Positions 26,311-39,631 of a stretch of 64,000 nucleotides of DNA are shown here, piece after piece (positions within the stretch are counted from its first letter, which is position 1; each line of letters starts with the position of its first letter). A program made the position numbers and the translations under genes. Origin of the DNA: Octopus sinensis (taxonomy: Eukaryota); NCBI RefSeq assembly GCF_006345805.1, contig NC_043010.1, forward strand, positions 59,830,001 through 59,894,000, given 5' to 3'. Below the pieces are notes generated by a model. The model ran no database searches. It saw nothing but the letters and a program-made list of their open reading frames with translations, and was not told the origin of the DNA.

Positions 26311-28300
26311 ATCATCATCATCGTTTAACATCTGCTTTCCATGCTAGCATGGGTTGGACGATTTGACTGAGGACTCGCAAACCAGATGGCTGCACCAGGC
26401 TCCAGTCTGATCTGGCAGAGTTTCTACAGCTTGATGCCCTTCCTAATGCCAATCTCTCTGAGAATGTAGTGGGTGCTTTTATGTGCCACTGGCACGAGGG
26501 TCAGTCAGGCGGTACTGGCAATGGCCACGGTCAAATGGTGTTTTTTACGTACCACTTGCACAGCAAGCAGTCCAGCAACACTGGCAACGACCTCGCTCAA
26601 ATGTTTTTTCACGTGTGCCAGTAAGGCGTCGCTGGTAATGATCATGCTCGAATAGTGCGTTTTATGTGCCACTGGCATGGAAGCCAGTTAGCTGTTCTGG
26701 CAACAAATACACTCAGATGGTGCTCTCAGCGCTCCACTAGCATGGATGCCAGTTATGCGGTGCTGTCATAGATTTCGATTTCACTTGCCTCAACAGGTCT
26801 TCGCAAGCACAGTTTAGTGTCCAATAAAGGAAAGGTTTGCATAATTGGGCTGGTTACACCCCTGGCATAGGCCACAAAGTTTAGGTCTCACTTGGCTTGC
26901 CGGATCTTCTGAAGCACAGCATATTTCCAGTGGTCACTAGTCATTGCCTCAGTGAGGCCTAACGTTCAAAGGTCGTGCTTCACCACTTCATCCCAGGTCT
27001 TCCTGGGTGTACCTCTTCCACAAGTTCCCTGAACGCTAGGGTGTGGCACTTTTTCTCACAGCTATCCTCATCCATTCTCACCACATCTGATGCTTCTTAG
27101 GTCCAACTTTTCTCTCAAGATACTTACACTCTGTCGAGTATGTACACTGACATTACACATCCATCGGAGCATACTGGCTTCATTCCTTGCGAGCTTATGC
27201 ATGTCCTCAGCAGTGATGGCTCATGTTTCACTGCCAAATAGCATGGCTGTTTGTACACAAGCGTCATACAGTCTACGTTTTACTCTGAGCGAGAAGCCTT
27301 TTGTCACCAGCAGAGTTAATAGCTCTCCGAACTTTGCCCAGGCTATTCTTTATTCTAGCAGCAACATTTTCAGCACACCCTCCCCCACTACTGACTTTGT
27401 CACCTAGGTAATGGAAGCTATCAACTACTTGTAATTTTTCTCCCTGGATTGTGGCAGAAGTTGTTCTCTGCACATTTTCAGTGTTTATTGCTCCTGAGTA
27501 TCTGCCACATACAAAAACTATCTTCCCAGTTAGCCTTCCTTTGATATTGCTGCACCTCTTATGTGTCCATAGCTTACACTGGGTACATCTTATGGAGTTT
27601 CTACCTACGCCTTTTCTACAGATCGAGCAGGGCCATCTACCTCAAAGGATTTGTGGTTTACCTGCCTTCCTACTTATTAAGACTTTGGTTTTAGCTAGGT
27701 AGACTCTAAGGACCTTCGATTCTAATCCTTGCTTCCACACCTGAAACTTCTCCTCGAGTTCTGATAGTGACTCAGCAATTAGAGCAAGGTTGTCAGCATA
27801 GAGGAGCTCCCAGGGGCATCCTGCTGACTTCAATTCGCCTGTTATTGCCTGGAAGACTATGATAAATAGGAGGGGGTTGAGGACTGAACCCTGGTGGACT
27901 CCTACCTCTACCTGGAATTTTTCTCTGTACTTGTTTCCAACCCTCACTTTACTGACACTGTTCCTGTACATGGCTTGCGCAGCTCTCACTGACCATTCAT
28001 CTATCCCTAGTTTCCTCATTGACCACCAGATAAGGGATCGTGGGACCCCGTCAAAGGCTTTCTCCATGTCAACGAAAGCCAGGTACAGAGGATTATCTTT
28101 GGCTAGGTATTTCTCCTGCAGCTGTCTTACTAGAAATATGGCATCAGTGGTGCTTTTCCCTGGCACGAACCCAAACTGCATCTCATCTCAACTGACTCTC
28201 TCCCTAATTAGTTGGGCTATGACTCTCTCCGTGACCTTCATTACCTGATCTAACAACTTGCTACCTCTGTCATTATTTGTATCTAAAGTGTCACCTTTAC
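26311..28300 (-). mobile_element. 5'-truncated RTE-clade LINE (reverse transcriptase remnant) in intron 1 of copy 4
   Basis: Minus-strand ORF 27642-28181: QFGFVPGKSTTDAIF...AFVDMEKAFD...GVHQGSVLNPLLF...LLYADNL (RT motifs, YADD mutated to YADN). A downstream fragment contains FHYLG; (GAT)n tail at 26311. Confidence 0.92.
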
Positions 28301-28594
28301 AATTACTTGTATCTAAAGTGTCATAGAATAATTATGCTCCTCAATACACTCTTTGAATACATGACAATTACAGAGAATGCTATATAGATAATATCTATCC
28401 AAGTCTATAGAGCAGACAGTTGTATATTCTATACTTCACACAGAATAACATTCTCAGTGACATTCCATTTAAAATATTACATATTACAGTTCAGTTAACA
28501 ATCTATCCTATGATGTAAACGGTTTCTATGATGTGACTGACAGTGGTGTACCTTTTCTATTTTCAGATCAATTGACTGGTATTTTATTCAACAA

Positions 28595-31500
28595 ATGAAG
28601 ATGGTCTTAATAGCGATATGGATATTACAGTCTCTGCTTCACTGTTCTGTCTCTAAAGACATTGTTTACCATGTGAAAGAAGAGAACAGTCCTGTTATCA
28701 ACATAGGAGACATTACTGCTGATTCCCAGTTAAAGGACACTGCATTATTATCGTTCAGTCAGTTGCAACAGAAGGGAACACAGCTGTTTAATGTGACCAC
28801 CACTGGGAAGATATACACCACACAAACACTGGATGCTGAGTCTCTGTGTACTTTTGAGAAAGAATGCTTTCACACAATTAAGGTAGCCGTTCATAAAGCA
28901 GGTAAATTTATAAAGATATTGAAAATTAAGGTGATTATAGAAGACATCAATGACCATCAACCAGAGTTTCCTGTCGAAGAAATTAAACTGGAGTTTAGAG
29001 AAGGAGATGGAAAAGGTAGGAAAAAGTCCATCCCCAATGCCATTGACAAAGATGTTGGATTGCAGAACAGATTAGTGAATTATGAATTGAAGGGAAATAA
29101 CCAACAGTTTTCATTGTCCACATTCCAAAGAGCTGATGGAGTATCATCTCTGGAAATTATATTACAAGGGAAGTTAGACAGAGAGACGAAAGACAGCTAT
29201 AATATAGAAGTGATTGCTAAGGATGGAGGAACTCCACCCAAACAGGGTGTCTTAAATGTGCACATAACTGTGAAAGATGAAAATGATAACAGACCAATTT
29301 TCTCTGAGAAAACATACAATGTCTCTATACAAAGTAACCATCAAAGAAATATGCCGGTTATTGTCATGTTGGCAAAAGACTCTGATATTGGAGAGAATGG
29401 TAAAGTTTTTTATCATTTCAGTCCAACAACATCAACAAATGCAAAACATCATTTCTTAATAGATTCAGATTCGGGAGAACTTTACTTGAACAAACATTCT
29501 GAGTTACAGAAGAAAAAATCATTTAAATTGTATATTGAAGCCATAGATGGGGGCAACCCTCCTCTCAGTTCCATAGCAACGGTTATGGTAAATGTCATCA
29601 ACCAGCAGAACAATCCTCCAAATATTGATGTGAACTTTATTTCTACACAGAATCACAACACAGCTACCATTCTGGAAGACATCAAAGTTGGTAGTTTCAT
29701 TGCTTATGTGATGGTCACTGACAATGATGTTGGACACAATGGACAGGTGAACTGTCATATCAAAGATAACACATTCAAACTACAGTCAATGGGATCGAAG
29801 GAATATAAAATAGTTCTAAAGAAAGCAGTAGACAGAGAGACACAGGAACATTATCACTTTACTGTGTCGTGTGAAGATAAAGGATTACCTGCTCTGAAAA
29901 CTGATAAAGATCTGTCAATCCAAGTGTTGGATGTGAATGATGTAGAACCACACTTTACGAAAGACACATTCAAGTTCCTTACCTATGAGAATGACAAAGC
30001 TAATTTCCCTATTGGCTTTATCAATGCTACAGACCCAGATATTGGTAAGGGAGGTGAATTGTCTTATTCTCTGAGGAATAAACAGCAATATCGTCTGCCA
30101 TTCCAGATTATCAACTCTGGCTTTATTTCAACAAACCAGTCTTTAGACAGAGAACACAGAGATTTCTATGAGTTTGAGGTTTTTGTGAAAGACAATGGAA
30201 GCCCATCTCTGAATAACACAGTGAATGTTGAAGTGGAAGTATTGGATAGAAATGATAATGCTCCATATTTTACATTTCCTAGCGTTGACCCTTTCACTCT
30301 TAATGTCCACTATCATCCGCAAAGTAAGAACGACATCACAGTTCTGAAAGCATCTGATATAGACAGTCACATGAATGCTTTTCTCAGGTATGAAATCGTT
30401 TCAGGTAACGAGAGACAGTTATTCAAACTGGATTCGTTCACTGGTGTGTTATCTTACTCTCGCACAGTTTACCAAAATGATGCCGGATCATATGAGCTTG
30501 AGTTTGTTGTGAAAGACAGTGGTACTCCAGTTCTGTCAGCAACAACTAGTGTGTCTTTGACACTGACTGTTAGTAACAAGACGTCACCAATGTTCACAGC
30601 TGTGCACCTACCAAGTGATAACACAATAGATGCGACATTGTTGATTATCATTGTAGTAGCAGCTGTGATAGTATCTATAGCCATTGTGGTTTCTATAACC
30701 CTGTGTATTGTGAGATGTAACAACGTGAGAAATAGCTCATCTGAAAGAACAGCAGAAGAGAAACAGGCATACCAATGTCGCAATGAGATGAGACAGTTGA
30801 TCTATCAAGGTAACAACAGTGTACCTGTGATGTCAGGTAATCGAGGAGAGATGTCAGACAGATATGGTCATTCGAGGCACCATTACTATCCCGAAGACTG
30901 GAAGATGTCTACTATGAACAGAACACTCCAGAAATCTACACGTGTAAGTATTATTTGGAATATATATATTGTAAGTTTGTCTTCATGTTGTAATAATTTC
31001 ACTGCTGTAAATATTACTTGGTGACATATATCTGATAAAAATTTCCTTTTAGAATTTTGTATCATGTGGTTAGTATGTGATTTACTTGAAGACACTTTGT
31101 ATAACCCAACACCATAGGCAGTAAATTGGTCAGAATGTGGCCATAGATATATAGCTTGGCAGTAGATTGGTGCAGTGGGGAATATGTATCTCTTAAATGA
31201 CTTGTGTTAATTACTTTCACCTCTTTATGTTAAAGCATGACTTACTTTATTTGTTAGTGGATGATATAAGCATCCTAGAATTGCTAGAATCAGCAGATAG
31301 AATACCCTGTTGTATCTATTCTCATTTCTTAACTTTTTATTCCAAATTTTAGTGAGGACTACTTTGCCTTCTATCTTTGTGGGATTGACAAAAGATGTAC
31401 AATTATGAGCATTGAACTGAGAGAAGCATTTGTGCATCATTTGTGGTTCCTTGCTATATTTGTTCTAACTATTTACCCTCTCACTTCATCTATGGGCTGC

Positions 31501-32971
31501 TTGGATAGAAGACTTAATCTGTTGCTCTGTTTAGCACCAGCAACTGGTCGTTGGGTGCTTTGAGCAGTGAAGGCCACTATTTGGCTCAGGTCTCTAATTT
31601 GAGGATAATCAACCCCGTTCTTCTCTCCTTCTTTTGTATCAGTCTTAAATCATAAATCCGCTCCTTTGATATTCTTAAGAGTATTTTGCAAATATTTACA
31701 TCTAAAACTTGTGTATATATTACATATATGCACACGAAGTGGCACTTCCAAATTCCACATATCACCCCCTTCGTCTCTCCCACTAATCCTCTCCTAATAC
31801 TGTTACATATTTTTCTTTCTACCATTCAGAGTGTTCTCTGCACCCATACGTAAGGATTATAGTTCTTTCTCCTATTATCCTTGTCCCCTCACAAACCAGA
31901 TTACATACGATCTCAGCTCTCACCTCTCCTGCAACACCCTTCAACTTAACCCAATCTTTACAGATGTTGGATTCCTTCCCTTAACCGTCTCCCATTTTAC
32001 CTATCTCTTTCAAACCCCCACCTCCTCATGCTCCTAATTTCTCTGTCCCCACCCACTTACACTCATCTCATACCCTGAACTACCTCCTGGACGCCTCATT
32101 ACCTACCAATGATTCCTTCCCATTCTCATCACTATGTTAATTACCAAGCAGCTCCTTTACAATGCCCCACGTTCTCTCATACCTTAACCCTTATCTCCTG
32201 CCATAAAGGCCTCGTCCTTGGGTTTGCCAATCTCATAAGACAAATACAGAACTTGCTCGTACCAATGGCACTAAAAACACACCCAGTGTATGATGTAAAA
32301 TGGTTGGTGTTAGGAAATGCATCCAGCGATAGAAAAGCTGAGGGCTGGAATACGATGCAGTCTTTTGCCCCATCAGTCCCTGGCAATGTGGAACATGGAC
32401 ATTAATTGATGGTTATTATGGTGCCCTGTAGCTTTCTATAGATGCAACAACATTACAATGAGTTATTCATTAACCTTGTCAATCATGAATGATTTCTTTA
32501 AGTGTTTCTGGTTGCTATTATATTTTACAGCAGAAATACAGTCAACCGATTGAGGTGACATCTTATGGAGACAACAGACCATCCTCTAACTATCCCACTG
32601 ACACACTGACCAGTCGTAAGAGCAGTGGACAGTGCTGGAGTGAGCGGTCAAGTAGACAGTATGAAGAAATACCAGCAATGTCAGGTAAGACAACAATCCA
32701 TTCTCATTTAATATTACAGTAATTCATTACTAATTATTGTACTAATTATTGCTGTAGACTGAGATGTAATTAGTTCTGTCTGTGTGTCCGTAGAGTATTT
32801 CTGATGATGGTGATTGTTTCAGACATTGCTACATTAAAACAATGTTTTGCAGGGATCTATGGTAGCCAACAGGATACACCAGTGAACCCCGAAAGACAAC
32901 AGTATCAAGACAGATATGTGAAACCTCCAGAGAGACAGTTACCTTCAACACCAGATGTCATTACTAACTGA
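28595..32971 (+). CDS. Protocadherin copy 4, about 873 aa
   Basis: join(28595-30943, 32531-32684, 32853-32971); acceptor at 28567; reading frame intact. Confidence 0.95.
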
Positions 32972-33411
32972 CCACTGGTCATTTACTAACATGATTTCAA
33001 ATATGACACTCTTCCTACACACATAAATATCATAACTTCTCACTTTACCTTACAGTTGCAATATCATATACCAACCTATTACAGAATATATAGACACTAA
33101 CAATGAAGTCAGCAACATTTTAATATTTATAAACACAAAGAATTTCACATATATTATTTCAGCCAATATTTTCTCTAATATTCTGAGTTATGTGCTCTTG
33201 ATGAATTTTCTCAAATATCTCTAAAATTAAATTAGAATATATTTAAAATATATTTCTCTATTTTTTACAACAGAGTTTTTTAAATCTAAGACTTAGGAAA
33301 TTATATTTAAAAATGATACCAAAATAAACCTGCCTGAAAATTAGAATATCCCTTCTCTATTTGTTCCTGCATCCTCCATTATAGGTTGGGTGTATATTTA
33401 GGTCAGACACA

Positions 33412-33906
33412 TCTTAACCAGAACTGTTCTATATTAACATCATTTGTTAGTAATATATTTACCAATATCAGTGATGTTTTGTTAATATGAGATCCGTATG
33501 AAACACTGAATATATATATATATCTATGCCAGTCTCTCTCTCTCTCTCTACATCAGACATGTTGGTGTTATATGGACTTCTTATGGCTGACTGTTAGTGG
33601 AGCTGATATTGTTTGTTCTCTCCCTTCCTTTCCCTCTTCTTTGTGATGCTGGAGCAAGCATCACCCATCTTTCTCTCTCACCCCCTCTCTCATTTACATG
33701 CACACACACACACACATTATACACCACACATCCACAAAGGAAGACTGAGAGGGAACTGCTGGTTCCCACTGACTCACCACCAACACTATTCCATCAACAT
33801 GAAGCCATTGTCACACCATAGCAGCAGTGACACAGACAACCATTAACAACAGAACATTGGGACCAAGTCACACTTTATACAACAAAGGATTTTACACACA
33901 ATGAAG
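33412..33906 (+). promoter_or_regulatory. Promoter and leader exon of copy 5
   Basis: Conserved block with a small internal deletion and shorter CT tracts; donor after 33906. Confidence 0.75.
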
Positions 33907-36589
33907 GTAAGTCTATCAATGTTCATTTTGTATTATTAAGATATTTGACTGATGATTGTTGTAGAAACTTTCTTCAGCCATCTTTTACTATAGAATATAA
34001 CAAATAGAAATTATGTCAGTAGACATTTAAATATGGTCTTTGCCAGTTACACGCTTTCTCTTGATATTTATATGTTCATGATTGATATTTTGCTGTTAGG
34101 AAGTGTTAAATAATATTTAATTATGGTTATTTTTCAAGTGAAATATATTTAAATCCAGTCAGTTTGTTGTCTCTTATTTGCAGACATCTTCATAATTATT
34201 ATCAGTATTGATAATGTATAATATATAACCAGAAGATGTTCTTTATTGTGTGTATTTAAACAAAATTTGAGTGTTTCTTGTGAAGGATGTTTTGAGAGAG
34301 TCAAGTATCATTATTGTGTTTATATGTAAGAATGGGTTATATTAATATAAAATATTAAAGTGAAACTGGGAGAAGAGTTGACAAGATGGTGGTTTAGTGT
34401 CAACATAAATAATCAATATTGTGTTGTGGTATTACTTAAGTCTTTCTAAATTCTAAGTTTATTGGTTTTAATCTATTTGTTGCATTGATACCAAAACATT
34501 GTCGTCTTTGGTCTTGTTTAATGAATGTCTTTTAATTAAATGTGGTGTTGATGGAGGAGGTTTTCTGTCACTAGATATTTCTGTAAAAATTTATTGACTA
34601 AGAGAACTGTATTTACTTTGAATTACACTATTGTCTTCATAATACAATAATTGTATTTTTATAACTCATTTGTGTATGAAAGAGAATTTCATCATCATCA
34701 TTGAATGTTCATTATCCATGCTGACATGGATTGGACCGTTTGATGGGAACCAGTGCCTCCAAGGATGACACGGAGCTCCAGTGTCCGCTTTGGTATGGTT
34801 TTTGCAGTTGGATGCCCTTCCTAACCCCCAACCACTTTATAGCATGGGCTGAGTGTGCTTTACATGCCACATGCACTGCTGGGGTCACAATGCAGTTTGC
34901 AGCTTGAAATGGAGGGAAGGGGAGAGAGAGAGAGAAGGATAAAGAAGGGAAAATGATGTGTAGGAGCTGTAAAACATAGTGGTGATAAGGGATTTGGGTT
35001 ACCCCACAAGGCACAAGCTGGTAGAAGTGTGTGTGTGTGTGTAGGTAATTTATAAGATCGTTTGGGAAGGTGAATGAAGGGTAGGGCAGACTGCCAAAAT
35101 GAGTAGGGCTGAAGGGAGGAGGAGACAAGAGTTGTGAGTTCAGGATGATTGGGGGATGCAGATGAGTGGGGAGAAAAGGGCGTAGCAAGTGTAGTAATGA
35201 TGCTACAGTTGCTGATGGTGGGGTGGACAAGGGGGTGGAGGAAGAGATAAATGTAGCATGTGAGGGGAGGGAATTTCTGAAACAGACTGAGTCTCCAAAA
35301 TATAGCACTTCAAGGACTCAGTCCCAGTGAGGAAGGTGAGTACTTTTGAGAACCTTATATTATGAGAGATCCCGGTCCTTTGTCATCTCATCCATGAGGT
35401 GCCAAGTGCTGAGGTCAGCTTCCACCACTTCATCCCATATCTTCCTGAGTGTTCCTCTTCTGAGGGTTCCACACCCCATTAAGCAAGCAGCTGTTCTCAT
35501 TCACTTGCATCCTGTGACCACACCTTGTGATGGACTCATCTGAATGGAGGTCTTGTGAGCTGGGTTTGGTATTCAGTAATCAAAATGATGAATAGTACAA
35601 GCTGTACTGTGGATCCCTACTGGTTGGGATTGGCTGTTTAACCACATTGAAGGTTCATGATGATGATGATGAGGATGCTGGTATGGGTTGGACACTTTGA
35701 TAGAGGCTGTCAAGTTAGTGGACTGTCATGTGTACACTGGAATGGTTCCTGTGGCTAGATACCCGTCCTAATGTCAACCACTGCACAGAGTGAACTGGGT
35801 GGACATTTTGTGGCACCAGCACTTGTGATGTCTGTCTGATTACTTGCGAAACTGGAGCCCCTAAGTGACGCCTGTAACTGAGAGAGAGTAGAAGAGAGAG
35901 TGGGAAAGGTAGATGAGGGATGGTAAGAGGAGAGAATGGGGAATGTAGCAAGGAACAGGAGAGGGGGAAAGGGTTGGTGACAAGGTCGAGAAAAATGGAG
36001 GGATTGAGTTGAAGAGCTGATCAGGTGGGTTGTGTGAGGAGGAGGAGGAGGAGTTGAAGGCTAGGGAACACAAGGGCTGAGGGAAAGGGAACAGTAGATT
36101 AGGGTGGAGTGGAATCCTGAGAGAATCATGGAAAGAAAGCGGGGTATGGTGGTGGGGTAGGTGAAGGGATTGGGGTGATGAGAAAGGTTGTTGCGGAGGC
36201 ATGAAGAAGGCCCTGGAGGAAGAGCTGGGTGTGGATGCTGCAAAAGTACAGTAGATGGAGAGATAGTGGAAAGGACAAGGGGAAGAGAGGGTACAGAAAG
36301 GGAAAGAAATGCTAGTGGGCATTATAGGGATACAGGGGTGGTTAATGAGACAACTATAAGTTTGGGGTAACAATAGAGGTAACTTGGGAAGGAGTGCTCT
36401 GTGAGCAATGAAGAGGTGGGAATCATGGAAGGGAAGTTTAAGGTCACATGGGGTAAGGCTGGCTTGACGGAGAGCACTATATACATGTCTTTGTTATTGG
36501 CTTTTAATCCTTATACTTGTGTTTGGGTACATTGTTCCATGGAGGGGTGGATCTTCTACATCATCACATCTTGCTCGTCATCTCTGTGA

Positions 36590-39160
36590 AGTTGAAGCTC
36601 CTGAGATCAACCTTCACTACTTCATCCTATCTTCTTAGGCTTCCCTCTTCCACAAGCTCCATCTACATTAAATGATCAATACTTCTTCAAACAGCTGTCC
36701 TCCTCCATATGCTGCACCAGAACAGTCTTCTTTCTGGCACACGACATTCAATTCCTCATATGCTCAGTCAACATTTTCGTATTATGTCACTCATGCACAC
36801 TTACATGCTGGTTCATTTCTTTCCACTTTTCTCAAGTCCTTTACATTCGAGGCCCAGGTCCCTCTGCCATGCAGTATCACAGTTCTAACACGAGTATCAA
36901 ACAATCTCCCCTTCCGTCTTAGGGAAAGCTTTTTATTGCCAGCAGCAGTAGTAATACCAATTTTCCAACCTGTACTTACTCTGGCTACCCTACTTTCAGT
37001 GCAACCATCTTCCCCGATAATTATGTCTCCTCTGTAACAAAAGCTATTCTCTACTTCCTGTGAATTGAAGAGAATCTATTTCTTGTGTTCTCATACTACA
37101 ACCGTTTCTGTGCTCGTGTCACATACACAGTCTGCTTTGTTAGTCTGCCTGTGATTCCACTGCACCACTTGTGCAGCTGTAAATTACATTGGACGCAGCA
37201 TATGGCATTTATGACTATTCTTTTTCTGCATTTTAACCAAGGCCATTTACAATGTCTGGATCCTGTCTTCTTTCTTTCTTACTAAAACCTTAGTCTTGAC
37301 TAAGTTTACCTTAATTTTTAGGTTTAGCTTCCATGCCTGGAATTTCTTCTCTAATTCCTCTGTAGATTCAACTATGAGAAATGGATTATCAACAAATGCA
37401 AATTTCCATGGATATCTAATCTTAAATTTCTTTGTGATGGCTTCATGTTCTGTGATGAATAGGAGAACACTGAGATTGAACCTTGATGGATTCCCACTGT
37501 TCCTCTAAATTCATTACTGAAATCGTTGTAGACTCTTATTTTACTGCATCTTTGTACATAGCTTGCACAGACTTCACAAGCCAATCATCAATGCTTAGTA
37601 ACCACCAAATTAGTGAACATGGTACCCTGTCAAATACCTTCTCTAAATCAGCAATTGTCAGGAAAAGCAGTTGACTCTTTGCAAAGTAGTTCTCCTACAG
37701 TTGCATCTCTTCTAGGTATATTCTGTTATGGCTCAATTATGTTATGACACACTGCAACCTTCATAGTCTTTTTTTATTCCCCTGTAATTTTCTCTCCCTA
37801 AGGCTGTGATTCCCAACGTGGCGCATGGTAATATTTTGGTGAGGCATGTGTAGGGTTATGTTGAACTTTATACCTTTTGTACTCAATGTTTAGCATCTCA
37901 ATAGAGAAAGAGGGACAATTTGAGAATGAATTATTTAAAAAAAAAAATCTTTACATCCCTTCTGTAGATAAGGTGTACTAAATTTTTGACACTTTAGAGA
38001 CATCAAGGTCATGTCATTTTCATCAGCTCTATTTATAAGAAATGATGTCTCTAAAGTGGGAATAAAATTGTTTCCTTCAACATAGTGGTATGTGAAAACA
38101 ACGTAGGTAAACTCGTATGTGTGTCTCCCAGACATTTTTTTACATCTGTTGCACTATTCTTTTTTTTTTTTGTTTCCAGGTAATATTGTAAACATTAACC
38201 AAATTTTGAATAACAAAAATTAAATATCACAAAGGGGGCATCAGGATTTTAGAAGCCAAAAATCAGTTGGGAACCACTGCTCTAAGGCATCTCCTTTGTT
38301 TTTCTATCAGTTCACTGTGATACCGTTATGTAAGTCATTGTATAACCTGATTTCCTATCCAAGTGGTAATCCTATCTAGCTTACTTTACCAGATCTCTTG
38401 AACATCTCTACATCTGTCCTTGATAAATCTACAACTTGCTTTCTCTTCGTGCTCTTTATTTCTTTACCATTGCTGTCAACTTGAATTGCTGGTCCTCTGT
38501 AGGCTGAACATGAAGTAGCCCCCCCCCCATTCTCCACATTCGACAACCTCTCCTAATAGCACTCCCTTGTCTCTTATCTTCCATGGCAATGGCTAGTGTG
38601 CCTTCATCATTCCAAATTTACTTCTCACCAATGGTATCTGAGTTCTCTTTCACTCACATTGTCTTACAATCCTGGACACTTAATGTTGCTGATCCCTTAT
38701 GTTGCAGAACATGTGCAAATTTCTTCTTTTCTGCCCTACCCTTAGCTGAGTACACCTGTTTGCCTAGCTACCCTTCATGCTGTTTGATAATGCTCCCTAC
38801 AACCACCTTCCTTCTGGGTTTTCCAAGCCTGTCTCTTTGTCTTTTATATCATTCTGCCTTCATGTCACCGTCAGTTTCACTGGGAGTCACTCAGATCCCA
38901 TGGCCCTTGCAGATTATTTTGCTGTAATTCTCAGTAGTCAATCTATGCTGCAGGTGTTTCAATCTTTCTCCCTACAGTCATGGATCTTTTAACTTCCATG
39001 CCTAGCTTCTCCATATCATCTCCTGTTTCTGTGTCTACTTAACTCTGATGTCTCTAGACACTCATCCTTTATCAGGAAAAGTTTGGATTATTTACAATGG
39101 TCCTTCTCTCTTATTTCCTGGTAAGAATGAAATCTAACTTGAGTGATTAATAGATTGTAC
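36590..39160 (-). mobile_element. Old, heavily mutated RTE-clade LINE in intron 1 of copy 5
   Basis: Fragmented minus-strand RT motifs (GIHQGS; a KGDAL..NYRG-like motif split by the MITE insertion), colinear with the younger RTE at 26311-28300. Confidence 0.7.
37804..38279. mobile_element. hAT (Charlie-like) MITE nested in the RTE remnant
   Basis: TIRs CTGTGATTCCCAAC and GTTGGGAACCACTG (12 of 14 match); 8-bp target duplication CCCTAAGG (37796-37803) and CTCTAAGG (38280-38287); the RTE sequence resumes across the insertion. Confidence 0.85.
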
Positions 39161-39631
39161 ATGATGAGGTGGTTGGCTGTGTTTTTTTTCACTCAGTTAC
39201 ATCACAGCACTCCAATATCTATCCAAATCAGTTAAAAAGACAAATACTTCATATTTCATATAAAACATTCTTACAAACAACAAGTATCGCTCCTTGGAAT
39301 TCTGTGACATTCTGCTTAAAATATTGCATTTTAAAGTTTAATTAATGAAGCAAAGATGGAAATAAGAAATCTCATCTTCCTGTAAATTATACAACGATAA
39401 TGAACTCAATACTGCTTCGTTACACATTTTATAAATATAATAATTGGGTATTATTGTGATTAATGAAGGTAAAGCAGGAAAGAATGAAAACATTTAATAT
39501 AATAAAAAGATGTTTATTTTGCTGTGGTTAATAGAATAAATATTATAAATCTGTTATTTGTTTCTGTAATGTGACTGGCAGTTGTGTACCTTTATATTTT
39601 CAGATCAATTGACTGGTATTAAACTCAACAA

